Shown: positions 21,524 to 32,074 of the stretch, in pieces
Numbering within the stretch: position 1 is the stretch's first letter
Layout: every line of letters starts with the position of its first letter
Source: a virus
Strand: one strand, 5' to 3'
DNA: 64,000 nt
UHGV virus genome: UHGV-1364187
Notes under the pieces: model-generated
Told to the model about the DNA's origin: nothing
Databases searched by the model: none
The model's input: the letters and a program-made list of their open reading frames with translations, nothing else
Program-made: the position numbers and the translations under genes

Positions 21524-22170
21524 ATGACTACAATTAATAGTGATGATTTAGATTTTATCAAAGGAATGACAGTATCAAATATTTTCGATGGAGTAACTGA
21601 GCCTTTTACTTCTGTAACTATCAAAGATGATTTATATACTAAACTTTTTACAATTCAAACTCATAATAATGACCATAATGATATTGATCCTTGAGAACAA
21701 TTATTTGTTGTAGATTTTATCAATTATAGATACAAAGCAAATGGGTATGAATTAAATAAAATACCATATACTGGTATTGAAGATTTTAAGATAATTATAA
21801 ATATTAATACAAATCCAAATAATTTCCATTGTACTTATGCTTGTACAAATAAAAAAAACCATTTATTGATATTATAGCTTTAAGAACAGATGATAATAAA
21901 GTAGATTTCTATGGACTTAATAGAGTAAATGGTACTAGATTATTAAGTAGATTAAGTATTGGAAATATTTCATGTATTGATTTTTATAGAGTAGACTATA
22001 TAAAAGAACATGAATGGACTGATACGATAACAAGTGAAAAGAAAAATGATAAAGAAAGATATATTAAATGCTACTATCCTAACGTCGCTTATATGAGCGG
22101 TATTACAAATAAGATAACAGCTTTAGAAAATAGGGTAAAAGAACTAGAAGAAAAATTAACAGTTTCATAA
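21524..22170 (+). pseudogene. disrupted ORF with an in-frame TGA at 21691-21693 and a frame change at an A8 tract (~21847-21854)
   Basis: Translation stays open and protein-like for about 61 codons after the TGA. It then continues in another frame after the A8 run through to 22170. Confidence 0.35.
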
Positions 22171-22201
22171 GAAAATAAATAATACGAAGGAGTTGTTTAT
22201 A

Positions 22202-23563
22202 ATGGAAAATATTTTAAATGTAAAAGATTTTGGTGCATCTGGAAATGGTGTTGATAATGACACAGAAGCTATTAAAGAAGCATTAAAAACTATGGAAGAA
22301 AACGGTGATGATAAAATATATTTTCCTAAAGGAGATTATATTGTAGATTATGATGTAGAATTTAAAAACTTTGTTGGTGAAGGTACTATTACATTTAATG
22401 GTATGGTAATTGAACCTTTTAAATCTCATTCACAAGGAAAGAAAATTAAAATTAAAGATCTTCATGATGAAGTTAATATGGCTATGCAAGTTCCAAATGA
22501 AGTTGGATGTATAGAAAAGATTGATAAAAGAAAAAGAAATTGTGGAGCATGGCAATTAGATGATTTTTCATTCAAATCTTATAAATATACATCAAGACAA
22601 CGTGTTAATACTTGGGGCGTTGTTAGAGTGTGTGATATTAATAAAGTCCCAGATAAAGCTACATTTAAAATTGGACATATGCATACTCTTGGATATATCA
22701 AATCATTACAAAAATGGGTTATGCTTGGTACAAGTAGAGTAGCTGGAGGATATTGGGCTAGAGGGAACAATTATGTAGGAAACTTAGATATTAAATTTGA
22801 TAAATTTGGTAATGGACTTGTAGAATACGATAAAGAAACTAGAGGCGAATTAGGACTTCATTTCTGGGGTGATGTAATTCATGTAAAAGAAAAATGTCAA
22901 TATAAGTGGGATGATATTCAGAATGTAGTATGTGTATATGATATTTCTGTTACAAGTTCTACTGGAAGTGTAGAAGGTGCATGGTTTGGTTATTCAGGCG
23001 GAGATGCTAAACATGATGATTCTTCAAGAAATTATCTTGATGATGAAAACTCTATTCTAGAAATGTGTAGTGGTAGAGCAAAATTCTTACATAATTATCC
23101 TGTTAGACTATATTCTAATACATTAGATTATCCATCTAGTATGGAATATTGTAGCCAAGAATTAATCGATAATATTATTGGAGAAACTGTACATAATAAA
23201 CAAGTAGTGAATTATAGTGTAGACTTTAATACACTTATTATAGAAGGAGATTATAATGTTTGTGCAACAAATTGTGTGCATTCACCAAGATCAACTGGAT
23301 ATAATATTGGTGTATTAAATGTAAAAACAATCGATGGATATATAATTCAAGAATTTACAGAAAATAAAAATAATGAAAAGATTACTATTTTCAAAAGAAT
23401 GTATATCCAATATCATGGATGGACATCTTGGTGTACAATTCCTAAGATTTATGAAAGACCAAAGATGGGAAGTAAATGTACAGATTTAGATAGTTGTATT
23501 GAGCTTACTAATAAAATCGCTCAAGGTTTAGCAGATTTATATATTTTACAATTCGGTGAATAA
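22202..23563 (+). CDS. pectate-lyase-fold (right-handed beta-helix) depolymerase/tailspike-like protein
   Basis: N-terminal VKDFGASGNGVDNDTEAIKEAL is the classic Pectate_lyase_3/tailspike signature. RBS GAAGGAG. Confidence 0.6.
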   Translation: MENILNVKDFGASGNGVDNDTEAIKEALKTMEENGDDKIYFPKGDYIVDYDVEFKNFVGEGTITFNGMVIEPFKSHSQGKKIKIKDLHDEVNMAMQVPNEVGCIEKIDKRKRNCGAWQLDDFSFKSYKYTSRQRVNTWGVVRVCDINKVPDKATFKIGHMHTLGYIKSLQKWVMLGTSRVAGGYWARGNNYVGNLDIKFDKFGNGLVEYDKETRGELGLHFWGDVIHVKEKCQYKWDDIQNVVCVYDISVTSSTGSVEGAWFGYSGGDAKHDDSSRNYLDDENSILEMCSGRAKFLHNYPVRLYSNTLDYPSSMEYCSQELIDNIIGETVHNKQVVNYSVDFNTLIIEGDYNVCATNCVHSPRSTGYNIGVLNVKTIDGYIIQEFTENKNNEKITIFKRMYIQYHGWTSWCTIPKIYERPKMGSKCTDLDSCIELTNKIAQGLADLYILQFGE

Positions 23564-23637
23564 AAAAAATATATGATAACCAATTAAATTTGGTTATCAT
23601 ATATATTTCACATTATATTAAAAGGAGTGTGATAACT

Positions 23638-24552
23638 ATGCAACAAAGAGGGATAACTAGAAACAATCTTTCTAAAGAATTAAACGCTGAATTAGACTCA
23701 ATAAAAAGTTCAGCACCTACAAATGTGTATACAAAAATAGAAGTAGATACATTATTATTAAATAAAGTAGACACTGTAATTGATAAAGATTTATCTACAA
23801 ATGATTATACAAATAATGATAAATCTAAAGTTGACCTAATACAAAATACTGGAGATGGATCATTATATTTTAATAATGCTGGTGGATATAGTGCACCACC
23901 ATCATCAGATGGTAAAGTAAAATTATCATCAACATCTACAGATTCACATTATCTAGATCAATTGATAGATGGTATTACATTAGTAGTAGAAAATGAAAAG
24001 ATTATAGCTAAAACACTTGATGGGTTAAATGTGACTATAGCTGAATTAAATTTTGTTAAAGGTGTTACATCTAGTATACAAGATCAAATTAATGCATTAT
24101 CAAAACCAATGACAATGTATGGTGTATATAATACACATGCAGATTTATTAACTGCTAGTGCAACAACTACACCTACAGATGGATCAACAGCTATAATAAT
24201 AGCCGATGAAAATAATTCAGGAAAACAATGGACTTATATATACATTGATTCTCTATCATCATGGAAACCTGTTTCTGAATCAAATGTAGTATTACGAGAC
24301 TTTACAACTAACCCTATTGATCTAACTAAAGAAGTTACAGGAGTATTACCATTAACTAATATCGATACAACAAATCTAACATTAAAGACAGATTTAGAAG
24401 ATTATCTTAAATCTGATAATTTAATTGCTGGTAGTGGAATTACGTTGACTTTGGATTCTTCTACTGGTCAAATTACAATTTCTTCTTCTGGAAGCAGTAT
24501 TGATACATCATATACTGATACGGATGTTGATGATGTAATTAATTCATTATGA
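23638..24552 (+). CDS. tail fibre protein
   Basis: N-terminus MQQRGITRNNLSKELNAELD is shared with 11131 and 9867. Contains NVYTKIEVDTLL. Ends in a tandem stop TGATAA. Confidence 0.5.
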   Translation: MQQRGITRNNLSKELNAELDSIKSSAPTNVYTKIEVDTLLLNKVDTVIDKDLSTNDYTNNDKSKVDLIQNTGDGSLYFNNAGGYSAPPSSDGKVKLSSTSTDSHYLDQLIDGITLVVENEKIIAKTLDGLNVTIAELNFVKGVTSSIQDQINALSKPMTMYGVYNTHADLLTASATTTPTDGSTAIIIADENNSGKQWTYIYIDSLSSWKPVSESNVVLRDFTTNPIDLTKEVTGVLPLTNIDTTNLTLKTDLEDYLKSDNLIAGSGITLTLDSSTGQITISSSGSSIDTSYTDTDVDDVINSL

Positions 24553-24629
24553 TAAATATACAAGTATCTATATAGGTACTTGTATATTTAAAACATCTAA
24601 TTAAATATCATAAAAAGGAGGAGACTTAT

Positions 24630-25760
24630 ATGGAACTAAATATCAAAAATTTCATAAGAGATGTACTTAAAAAGTACGACACCAGAGTAGATACAAAGTT
24701 ATCAAATTTAAATATATCTACTGATTATACAAGTTTATCAAATAAACCTACATTAAATGGTGTAGAAATATCTGGTAATAAATCATCATCAGATTACAAT
24801 TTAATTGGAGAAGATCATGACTCTTCAACAACAGCTCATAGTGATATTAGATCATTAATATCCACTAATAAAACTACTATAGATTCACACACATCAAATA
24901 CAGATCTACATGTTTCTAGTTCAGATAGAAATTTGCTTACAGCATTAAACCATAATAAAGGTACATTTGAATCAGAGACATTATTACGTGCAGCATATCC
25001 AACAGCATCTAGTGGAGATTATTGCGTTTGTTATAATGGAACTAACTATACTGTTTGGACATACAGTACAGATTGGGTTGATACTGGACAATTAGGAAAT
25101 GTAACATCAGTAAATAATCTTACAGGAGATATTACATTAGATTCTAATAATGTAAATTACGAAACTGGTATTACATTAAAAACAAAGATAGATCAAAATC
25201 AATCCGATATACAGACATCTATAGGAGATTTATCAGCATTACAAACTGTAGATAAAACTTCTATTGTTAATGCAATTAACGAGGTTTTTCTAGAAGTCGA
25301 TAATGGGAAGACTTTATTGGCTAGTGCCATTACCGACAAAGGAGTTACTACTAGCAAAGATGATGAATTTAATACTATGCTAGGAAATCTATATAGTATT
25401 AAATCTGGAAATAATAATAAAGCAATTGTCACTTCTATATTAAGTGAGAATTCTAATAATTATACGCAAATCATGACAAAAGAAAAATACACAGTATATG
25501 CAGAAACTATATATAATGTAGACTCTGTATATACTGATAATGGAAATGGTAGTATAACTATAGACAACGATTATACAACAGTATCATGTTTAGGGTATAT
25601 TACTGTTCTAGATGAAACAAATAAACCAGTTTTTATGAAACCAAATGACAGTAATATGTATTACATGTTATCGTATATGATAGTTATAGATAGTTCTGGA
25701 AACCAAACTACTGGATTATCTGGATTAAAAGTATTGCCTCGACCATGTGTAATATTATAG
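24630..25760 (+). CDS. tail fibre-like protein
   Basis: RBS AAAAAGGAGG. S/T/N-rich beta-type sequence. Confidence 0.45.
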   Translation: MELNIKNFIRDVLKKYDTRVDTKLSNLNISTDYTSLSNKPTLNGVEISGNKSSSDYNLIGEDHDSSTTAHSDIRSLISTNKTTIDSHTSNTDLHVSSSDRNLLTALNHNKGTFESETLLRAAYPTASSGDYCVCYNGTNYTVWTYSTDWVDTGQLGNVTSVNNLTGDITLDSNNVNYETGITLKTKIDQNQSDIQTSIGDLSALQTVDKTSIVNAINEVFLEVDNGKTLLASAITDKGVTTSKDDEFNTMLGNLYSIKSGNNNKAIVTSILSENSNNYTQIMTKEKYTVYAETIYNVDSVYTDNGNGSITIDNDYTTVSCLGYITVLDETNKPVFMKPNDSNMYYMLSYMIVIDSSGNQTTGLSGLKVLPRPCVIL

Positions 25761-25771
25761 GAGAAATAACA

Positions 25772-27028
25772 ATGAACTTAGTTACTAAAATTAATGACAT
25801 AACAGAAATATCTAAAATTAATAAAAATACATTTATAAAAGAATTACAAAATAAAGGATTTGATATTGATGATAATGCAACATACAAAGATATATCTAAT
25901 TATATAAACAAAATAGATATTACTAATAATAATATTCATCTAAATGGTATTTCAACATCATTTATAAATTCTGAATGGGTAGAGCTTAGTTCTCTACCAT
26001 CAGATTTTATAAAACATAAATCTGTAGTATACAATGGAGATATTCATATATTAGGGGGAGATGGAACTAAAAATTCCACTCTTCATTATAAATATGATGG
26101 AACTTCATGGACAAAAGTATCAACATTACCATTTGTATTTATAGATGGTCAGGCTGTAGTGTATAGAGATTGTATACATATAATAGGATCTTCATACAAT
26201 TCGACAGTAAGACCATATCATTATAGATATAACGGAACTTCATGGACAAAATTAACAAATTCACCAGCATCATACCCATATGGAGGATATGCAGTTAATC
26301 ATAACGATAAAATTCATTCTATTGGTGGAACTTATACTTATAACGATAGACATTATACATGGAACGGATCAAAATGGACATCTATAAAATCTGTACCTTT
26401 TGATACAAGATATGGTTGTGGTGTAAGTTATAATAATCACATATATGCAATTGGGAGTAGTATATCATCTAGTAAAAACAGATGGTCTAGATGGTCAGAT
26501 GAAACTTCTAGTTGGGATGATATAAAAACATTATCGGCTTCTTATACAAATGCATATGCTGTTGTATATAATAATAGTCTACATTTACTTGGTGGTTCAG
26601 AAACGAAAAGACATTATTCATTTAATGGATCTAAATGGACTTTAGAAACTACACATGAAAATTTATTATATTATGGTGCATGTGTTATTTGGAATGAACA
26701 ATTTCATATATTAGGTGGAACTGGTACAGAAAATAAACACTATGTTTTATCTAATATAACAGTAAATAATACAATAATAGTAAAAAATACTTCAACTATT
26801 TATCATGAATCTACAGAACCTACAATAACAAAGATAAATGATGAATATGATTGTATTACGTATGTTAAAGATGAATATTTAACCATTAAAGATAATGATA
26901 AAATAACATTTATTCATTCTAATAAAGATAATAAGTGTTATTTACCAAAAGGAAGTAAGATAAACGGTAATATACAAGATATATATGGTGTAATTGATTA
27001 CCCAAATTATCCATGTATTATCGAGTAA
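25772..27028 (+). CDS. Kelch-repeat (beta-propeller) protein, paralog 1
   Basis: Repeated ~45-aa units (IHILGG...YKYDGTSWTK). N- and C-termini are paralogous to 27073-29118. Confidence 0.55.
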   Translation: MNLVTKINDITEISKINKNTFIKELQNKGFDIDDNATYKDISNYINKIDITNNNIHLNGISTSFINSEWVELSSLPSDFIKHKSVVYNGDIHILGGDGTKNSTLHYKYDGTSWTKVSTLPFVFIDGQAVVYRDCIHIIGSSYNSTVRPYHYRYNGTSWTKLTNSPASYPYGGYAVNHNDKIHSIGGTYTYNDRHYTWNGSKWTSIKSVPFDTRYGCGVSYNNHIYAIGSSISSSKNRWSRWSDETSSWDDIKTLSASYTNAYAVVYNNSLHLLGGSETKRHYSFNGSKWTLETTHENLLYYGACVIWNEQFHILGGTGTENKHYVLSNITVNNTIIVKNTSTIYHESTEPTITKINDEYDCITYVKDEYLTIKDNDKITFIHSNKDNKCYLPKGSKINGNIQDIYGVIDYPNYPCIIE

Positions 27029-27072
27029 CATAAGTTAATATTTTTTATAAACAGGAATTGGGGGTGATAAAT

Positions 27073-29118
27073 ATGTCTTTAGTTAATCAAATAAACGACA
27101 TTACAGATAGTATAAAACTATATAAGGATGCATTTATAAAAGAATTAAAAAATAAGAATATTACAATTGATTATGATTCTGGTTTTCAAGAGATATCAGA
27201 AAAAATACAAGATATTTCATCATCAGTAACTGAATTTTCAACATGTGCATATAATGAAGATTACATAAATGGGGTATGGAAAAATGTATCAACATTACCA
27301 GATAGTATATATAAGATGAAAGCTGAAGTTATTGATAATAAAATAGAATGTTTGAATGCTAATTATAGACTAGAATATGATGGATCTTCATGGACTAAAT
27401 TTACTGATATTCCATACTCATGTGGAATTGATATGTGTGTTATAAATTATAATAATGAACTTCATGTATTAGGAGGCGGTACTGGATCTAATAGAACAAA
27501 ACACTATAAATACGATGGTGATTTGTGGACCACAGTGTCAACTATACCATATCAATTTTATAGAGGAATATGTATTGTGTATAATAATGAGATACATCTG
27601 ATAGGTGGATATTCTTCTAATAATTATCATTATAAATATGATGGAAATTCTTGGACAAAAGTGGCAGTGTTACCATTCGCTTCAGTGTACGGTACAGCTG
27701 TAGTGTATAATAATGAAATACATGTTATTTCTGCAAATTCAACAAATGCTTCAAAAGGGAATCATTATAAATATGATGGGACATCATGGAGTTTAGTTAC
27801 TACATTTGAACCTGTAAAAACAAATAATGATAGATCTTGTTATTCAATAGCAGTTGTTTATAATAATAAGATACATGTATTCAATGCGTACGATTCATAT
27901 TATAATACATATGATGGTACATCATGGACTTCTATTGGAAATTACCCATATGGCACATATAGTGCAATTGTTATATATAATAATAAAATACATTCATTGG
28001 GAGGCAGTAATACTAATTTAACACATGTAAAATTGGAATTTTCTAATAATACAATACCTTCAAATATATCTAGTACAATTGTAGATAATATATCAAGTGA
28101 TGATGATATATTTGATAGTATATATTATAAAGGTAAAATATATTCATTTGCTAATGAATATAGATATGAATATGATGGTACATCATGGACTAAAATATCA
28201 GATATACCTAACTTATATGCAAATATTATGAGGTGTGCGGTAGCAATATATGATAATAAAATTCATATATTGGGTGGCGGTTATGCTGAAGATAGAGCTG
28301 GTCATTATTCATATGATGGTACATCATGGACTAGTGTATCATCTTTACCAATAAGATCAGTATACGCTAATGCTATATCGTATAATGGAGAACTTCATCT
28401 TATTGGTGGGGATGGATACACTACAATACATTATAAGTGGGACGGAACTTCATGGACACAACTTACAAATTTACCGTTCGATTCCAAATCAGGAACATGT
28501 GTTATATATAATAATGAAATTCATATAGTAACAAGTGTTGATAGAGGATATGATGTGCACCATTATAAATATGATGGAACGACATGGACTCTTATTCACA
28601 CATTTACTTCAGACGAAATTAATAGACCAGAATACACAAAAATGATATTATATGATAATAAATTGCACTTATTTAGTGAGTTTAATAATAGATATTATAT
28701 ATTTGACGGGACATCGTGGACATATGTATCTAATTATACATACGATGGATATGCTTCCAGTGGTATAGTTATATATAATGATAAAATTAATACTATAGGT
28801 GGATATTCTAAAATGTATAGATATATTATAGATTATAATGAACTTTCTATAAATTGTACAATGATAATTCCTAGTACATCAACAATATACCACGAAACTA
28901 CATCTCCTACTATAACTAAAATAAATGATGATTATAATCTTATATCTTTTATAAAAGGTGAATATTTAACTATTGCTAATAACAACAAATTAATATATGT
29001 GTGTAAGAATGATACTACTAATAAGTGTTATTTACCAAAAGGAACAAAAATTAATGGAACAGAAATAACAACATACGGAGTAGTGGATTATCCTACAACA
29101 GCATGTATTATAGAATAA
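27073..29118 (+). CDS. Kelch-repeat (beta-propeller) protein, paralog 2, with roughly twice as many blades as paralog 1
   Basis: More than 10 Kelch-like blades (YNNEIHLIGG...YKYDGNSWT). C-terminus (...KCYLPKG.KING...YGVVDYP..CIIE) is shared with 25772. Confidence 0.55.
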   Translation: MSLVNQINDITDSIKLYKDAFIKELKNKNITIDYDSGFQEISEKIQDISSSVTEFSTCAYNEDYINGVWKNVSTLPDSIYKMKAEVIDNKIECLNANYRLEYDGSSWTKFTDIPYSCGIDMCVINYNNELHVLGGGTGSNRTKHYKYDGDLWTTVSTIPYQFYRGICIVYNNEIHLIGGYSSNNYHYKYDGNSWTKVAVLPFASVYGTAVVYNNEIHVISANSTNASKGNHYKYDGTSWSLVTTFEPVKTNNDRSCYSIAVVYNNKIHVFNAYDSYYNTYDGTSWTSIGNYPYGTYSAIVIYNNKIHSLGGSNTNLTHVKLEFSNNTIPSNISSTIVDNISSDDDIFDSIYYKGKIYSFANEYRYEYDGTSWTKISDIPNLYANIMRCAVAIYDNKIHILGGGYAEDRAGHYSYDGTSWTSVSSLPIRSVYANAISYNGELHLIGGDGYTTIHYKWDGTSWTQLTNLPFDSKSGTCVIYNNEIHIVTSVDRGYDVHHYKYDGTTWTLIHTFTSDEINRPEYTKMILYDNKLHLFSEFNNRYYIFDGTSWTYVSNYTYDGYASSGIVIYNDKINTIGGYSKMYRYIIDYNELSINCTMIIPSTSTIYHETTSPTITKINDDYNLISFIKGEYLTIANNNKLIYVCKNDTTNKCYLPKGTKINGTEITTYGVVDYPTTACIIE

Positions 29119-29136
29119 AAAAAGGAGGAATATTTT

Positions 29137-29484
29137 ATGACAACGACAGACTATAAGTACAATAATCAAGAAGTATCATATGAAATCTTAAGTAATGGAT
29201 ATGAAATTTATTTAAGTGGAAGATTATGGATATCACAAAAAGAACCATATATTCCAAATCCATCATTATCATATGAAGAAAATTGCTTAAATCAGATTAA
29301 AGAAACCTGTACAGCAGTTTCTAAAGATGAAACAGAATTAGAACAACTTAAAACAACTAATATGCAATTAGAATCACAAATTTCAGAATTAGACAAAACA
29401 TGTAGTATGCTATTATTACAAATAGCACAATATCATAATGAAGAAATGTCTTCTTCAACAACAGATACTACTACAACAAAATAA
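29137..29484 (+). CDS. hypothetical coiled-coil protein in the XkdW position
   Basis: RBS AAAAAAGGAGG. ELEQLKTTNMQLESQISELDKT heptad-like segment. Confidence 0.4.
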   Translation: MTTTDYKYNNQEVSYEILSNGYEIYLSGRLWISQKEPYIPNPSLSYEENCLNQIKETCTAVSKDETELEQLKTTNMQLESQISELDKTCSMLLLQIAQYHNEEMSSSTTDTTTTK

Positions 29485-29514
29485 TACAATTATAAATTAA
29501 AGGAGTTGTTAATC

Positions 29515-29676
29515 ATGATTTCATTTTACAATCAAATTAAAAGATATTATTTACAAGGACGATATACAGAAAATGATTTAGACACATTCGTAAAAGCTGG
29601 TATGATAACGGAGAGTGAAAATAATGAAATTATCAAAGCAAAAGTTGAGATTGAGTCTAATAATTCTACTAACTAA
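29515..29676 (+). CDS. XkdX-like small phage protein, copy 1
   Basis: 53 aa. YYLQGRYT...FVKAGMIT matches the XkdX family pattern. RBS AAAGGAG. Was below the ORF-track length cutoff. Confidence 0.5.
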   Translation: MISFYNQIKRYYLQGRYTENDLDTFVKAGMITESENNEIIKAKVEIESNNSTN

Positions 29677-29722
29677 TATTAACTTTTATATAAATAATAT
29701 TTTTGAAAGGATGGTGAAAAGA

Positions 29723-29896
29723 ATGTGGTATCCTGTTATTAGAAGATATTATTTACAAGGAATGTATACAGATGCAAATTTAATCGTATTTGTTACTGCT
29801 GGTATGATTACAGAGCAACAGATGAACGATTTAATTGCTGAAAAAGAAGCTCTTGAAAAAGAGCAAGACAGCACTTCTACAGAAGATGGAGAATAA
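29723..29896 (+). CDS. XkdX-like small phage protein, copy 2
   Basis: WYPVIRRYYLQGMYTDANLIVFVTAGMIT is paralogous to copy 1. Start chosen downstream of GAAAGGA. Terminator follows at 29903-29945. Confidence 0.45.
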   Translation: MWYPVIRRYYLQGMYTDANLIVFVTAGMITEQQMNDLIAEKEALEKEQDSTSTEDGE

Positions 29897-29902
29897 TAAG
29901 AT

Positions 29903-29945
29903 GAAACCCATAGTGATAAAAATGTCACTATGGGTTTTTACATTT
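29903..29945 (+). terminator. rho-independent terminator after the XkdX-like genes
   Basis: Stem gaaacccatagtga/tcactatgggttt followed by a T-run. Confidence 0.6.
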
Positions 29946-29977
29946 TAATAATACTTTATAAAAAGGAGGAGTTTATC

Positions 29978-30427
29978 ATGAATACTGGTGATATAATCTT
30001 AGTAAAAAATAATAAGTTAATTAGTAAGATTATTAAATGGTGGACTAAAAGTGAATATTCACATGTAGCATTAGCAGTGGATGATTTACATATGTATGAA
30101 ACAAATTATGATACTAATTCACATATAAAGATTATAGATTTTCCAACTAATATGTATGACATATATAGACTTAAAGATACATCAAAATTAGATACAGAGA
30201 AACTCAATAAGTTTATGAAAGAACATCTAAAAAATAAATATGATTTAGGTGAAATCTTTAAAATTGTATTTAAAATAAACACACCAGATGATGATGGTAA
30301 ATATATATGTTCTATGTTGGTCAGAGAAGCTTTCTTAGATCAGGGAATAGATTTAACTCCTGGAATTGAAATTCCAACTCCAGAAGATTTAAGTCATAGT
30401 GAGCTATTATATAAAGTAGAAGAATAA
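29978..30427 (+). CDS. permuted papain-like (YiiX/C92, NlpC/P60 superfamily) hydrolase
   Basis: GDIILV...SEYSHVALAV...CSMLVREAF pattern. RBS AAAAAGGAGG. Confidence 0.4.
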   Translation: MNTGDIILVKNNKLISKIIKWWTKSEYSHVALAVDDLHMYETNYDTNSHIKIIDFPTNMYDIYRLKDTSKLDTEKLNKFMKEHLKNKYDLGEIFKIVFKINTPDDDGKYICSMLVREAFLDQGIDLTPGIEIPTPEDLSHSELLYKVEE

Positions 30428-30493
30428 TTAGTAAGTGTGCAGTTAAAATACTGCACACTTACATTATAATAAAATAGAAAGGAGGTAATATGA

Positions 30494-31354
30494 ATGAATT
30501 TAAGTAGTATTACTGATGTAAAATGGAATGAAAAAGATATACAAAAATTATTATATTGTGGTAATACATTATGGGAAAGAAAAACAGAAAATGTAAAATA
30601 CACAGAGTATAATACAGATAGACTTGATACTGATATTGAACTTAAATATTATAGTGCTGTAGTGTATAATGATCAAATACATTTAATAGGAAAAAATTCA
30701 TATGTAACACAACATACAATATTTGATGGAACTAGTTGGAGCTATGGTACTAATTTTAATTATGGACCTGGTGTTGCTGCAGTGTATAACGGTAAGATTC
30801 ATAATATGAATGGATATGGGTGGTATAGTTATGATGGATCTTCATGGTCTAGTGAAGGAAGTGTACCATATCCATGTAGTCAAGCTGCAATTGGAGTTTA
30901 TGATAATGAGATCCATATAATGGGTAGTATAACTTCTGAATATGGCAAGAAACATTATAAATATGATGGATCATCTTGGTCAGAGGACACATATTGGCTA
31001 CCAGGACAAAATACTGGTGGAGGAAATATAGTTAAATATAAAGGTAAGATATATTATGGAAATATGGAATGGGACGGAACACGCATTACTGTATTAGGCG
31101 ACCATTTAATTAGATCATCATGTTATAATGATATAATATACAATGGATATTTGTATATATTTGCTGATGATTTAGCCAGTGGAACTATAGGTCTATTTAA
31201 TGCTATATTTAGATACGATGGTTCCAATTTAGAATTTATAGGTAGAACACCATATAGTATGCAGAAAGCATTAACTGTATTATATAATAATAAAATTCAT
31301 ATTATTGGTAAGAATGATGTACTAGCAAGTTCTCATTACATGTTAAATATTTAA
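30494..31354 (+). CDS. Kelch-repeat (beta-propeller) protein, paralog 3
   Basis: IHLIGK..FDGTSWS, IHNMNG..YDGSSWS and IHIMGS..YKYDGSSWS blades. Confidence 0.5.
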   Translation: MNLSSITDVKWNEKDIQKLLYCGNTLWERKTENVKYTEYNTDRLDTDIELKYYSAVVYNDQIHLIGKNSYVTQHTIFDGTSWSYGTNFNYGPGVAAVYNGKIHNMNGYGWYSYDGSSWSSEGSVPYPCSQAAIGVYDNEIHIMGSITSEYGKKHYKYDGSSWSEDTYWLPGQNTGGGNIVKYKGKIYYGNMEWDGTRITVLGDHLIRSSCYNDIIYNGYLYIFADDLASGTIGLFNAIFRYDGSNLEFIGRTPYSMQKALTVLYNNKIHIIGKNDVLASSHYMLNI

Positions 31355-31369
31355 GGAGGAATATAAATT

Positions 31370-32038
31370 ATGAATAATTCAGATTTTATTAAAATGATGG
31401 TAGAATATAATAAAGATTGTAAATCAACTTTTAAATCTGTTTCTATTGCACAAGCTATAGAAGAATCTGGTAGCGGAACATCAAATTTATATGTGTTAGC
31501 TAATGCTTCATATGGTATTAAAGCGACATCAACATGGTCAGGTAAAGTATATTCAACTGCAACTAAACAAGTATATAGTTCTTATGATGAAGCTAAAAAA
31601 GTTGGAGGAACTTTATATAGAGCTTATAATTATATAAAAGACTCTGTAATAGATCATGATAAATTCTTACAAGCTAGTAGATATACTCCAGTAAGAAATG
31701 CTAAATCTTATCAAGAAGCATGTTTACAATTAAGATTATGTGGATATTGTCCAGATGATGGATATGAAACAAGACTTATGAAAATTATAACTAAATATAA
31801 TCTTACTCAATACGATGAACCATTAGAATTTCCATTTAAAGTTAAAGTTGTATATAGTGGAAAGGATGGTGTAAATGTAAGAAAAAATCCAGATTATAAA
31901 GATTCATCAATAGATAATGTCAATGGACCTATTATGTATGGCAGTCAATGTACTGTAGTAGAATTAGTTGGTGATTTTTATAAAACAAAGTCTGGTTTAT
32001 ATATCACATCTAATCCTATATATATTCAGAGAGTATAA
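31370..32038 (+). CDS. GH73 N-acetylglucosaminidase-type lysin with a C-terminal SH3b-like domain
   Basis: SIAQAIEESGSGTSNL...SYGIKA matches the GH73 AQAILESGWG..NLFGIK motif. C-terminal VKVVYSGKDGVNVRKNP...GSQCTVVEL looks SH3b-like. Confidence 0.65.
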   Translation: MNNSDFIKMMVEYNKDCKSTFKSVSIAQAIEESGSGTSNLYVLANASYGIKATSTWSGKVYSTATKQVYSSYDEAKKVGGTLYRAYNYIKDSVIDHDKFLQASRYTPVRNAKSYQEACLQLRLCGYCPDDGYETRLMKIITKYNLTQYDEPLEFPFKVKVVYSGKDGVNVRKNPDYKDSSIDNVNGPIMYGSQCTVVELVGDFYKTKSGLYITSNPIYIQRV

Positions 32039-32074
32039 AAAAAGAAGTAGCACTTTATAGTGCTACTTCTTTTA
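32036..32074. terminator. bidirectional terminator between convergent genes
   Basis: aaaaaaa-gaagtagcac-tttatag-tgctacttc-tttt. Confidence 0.6.
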
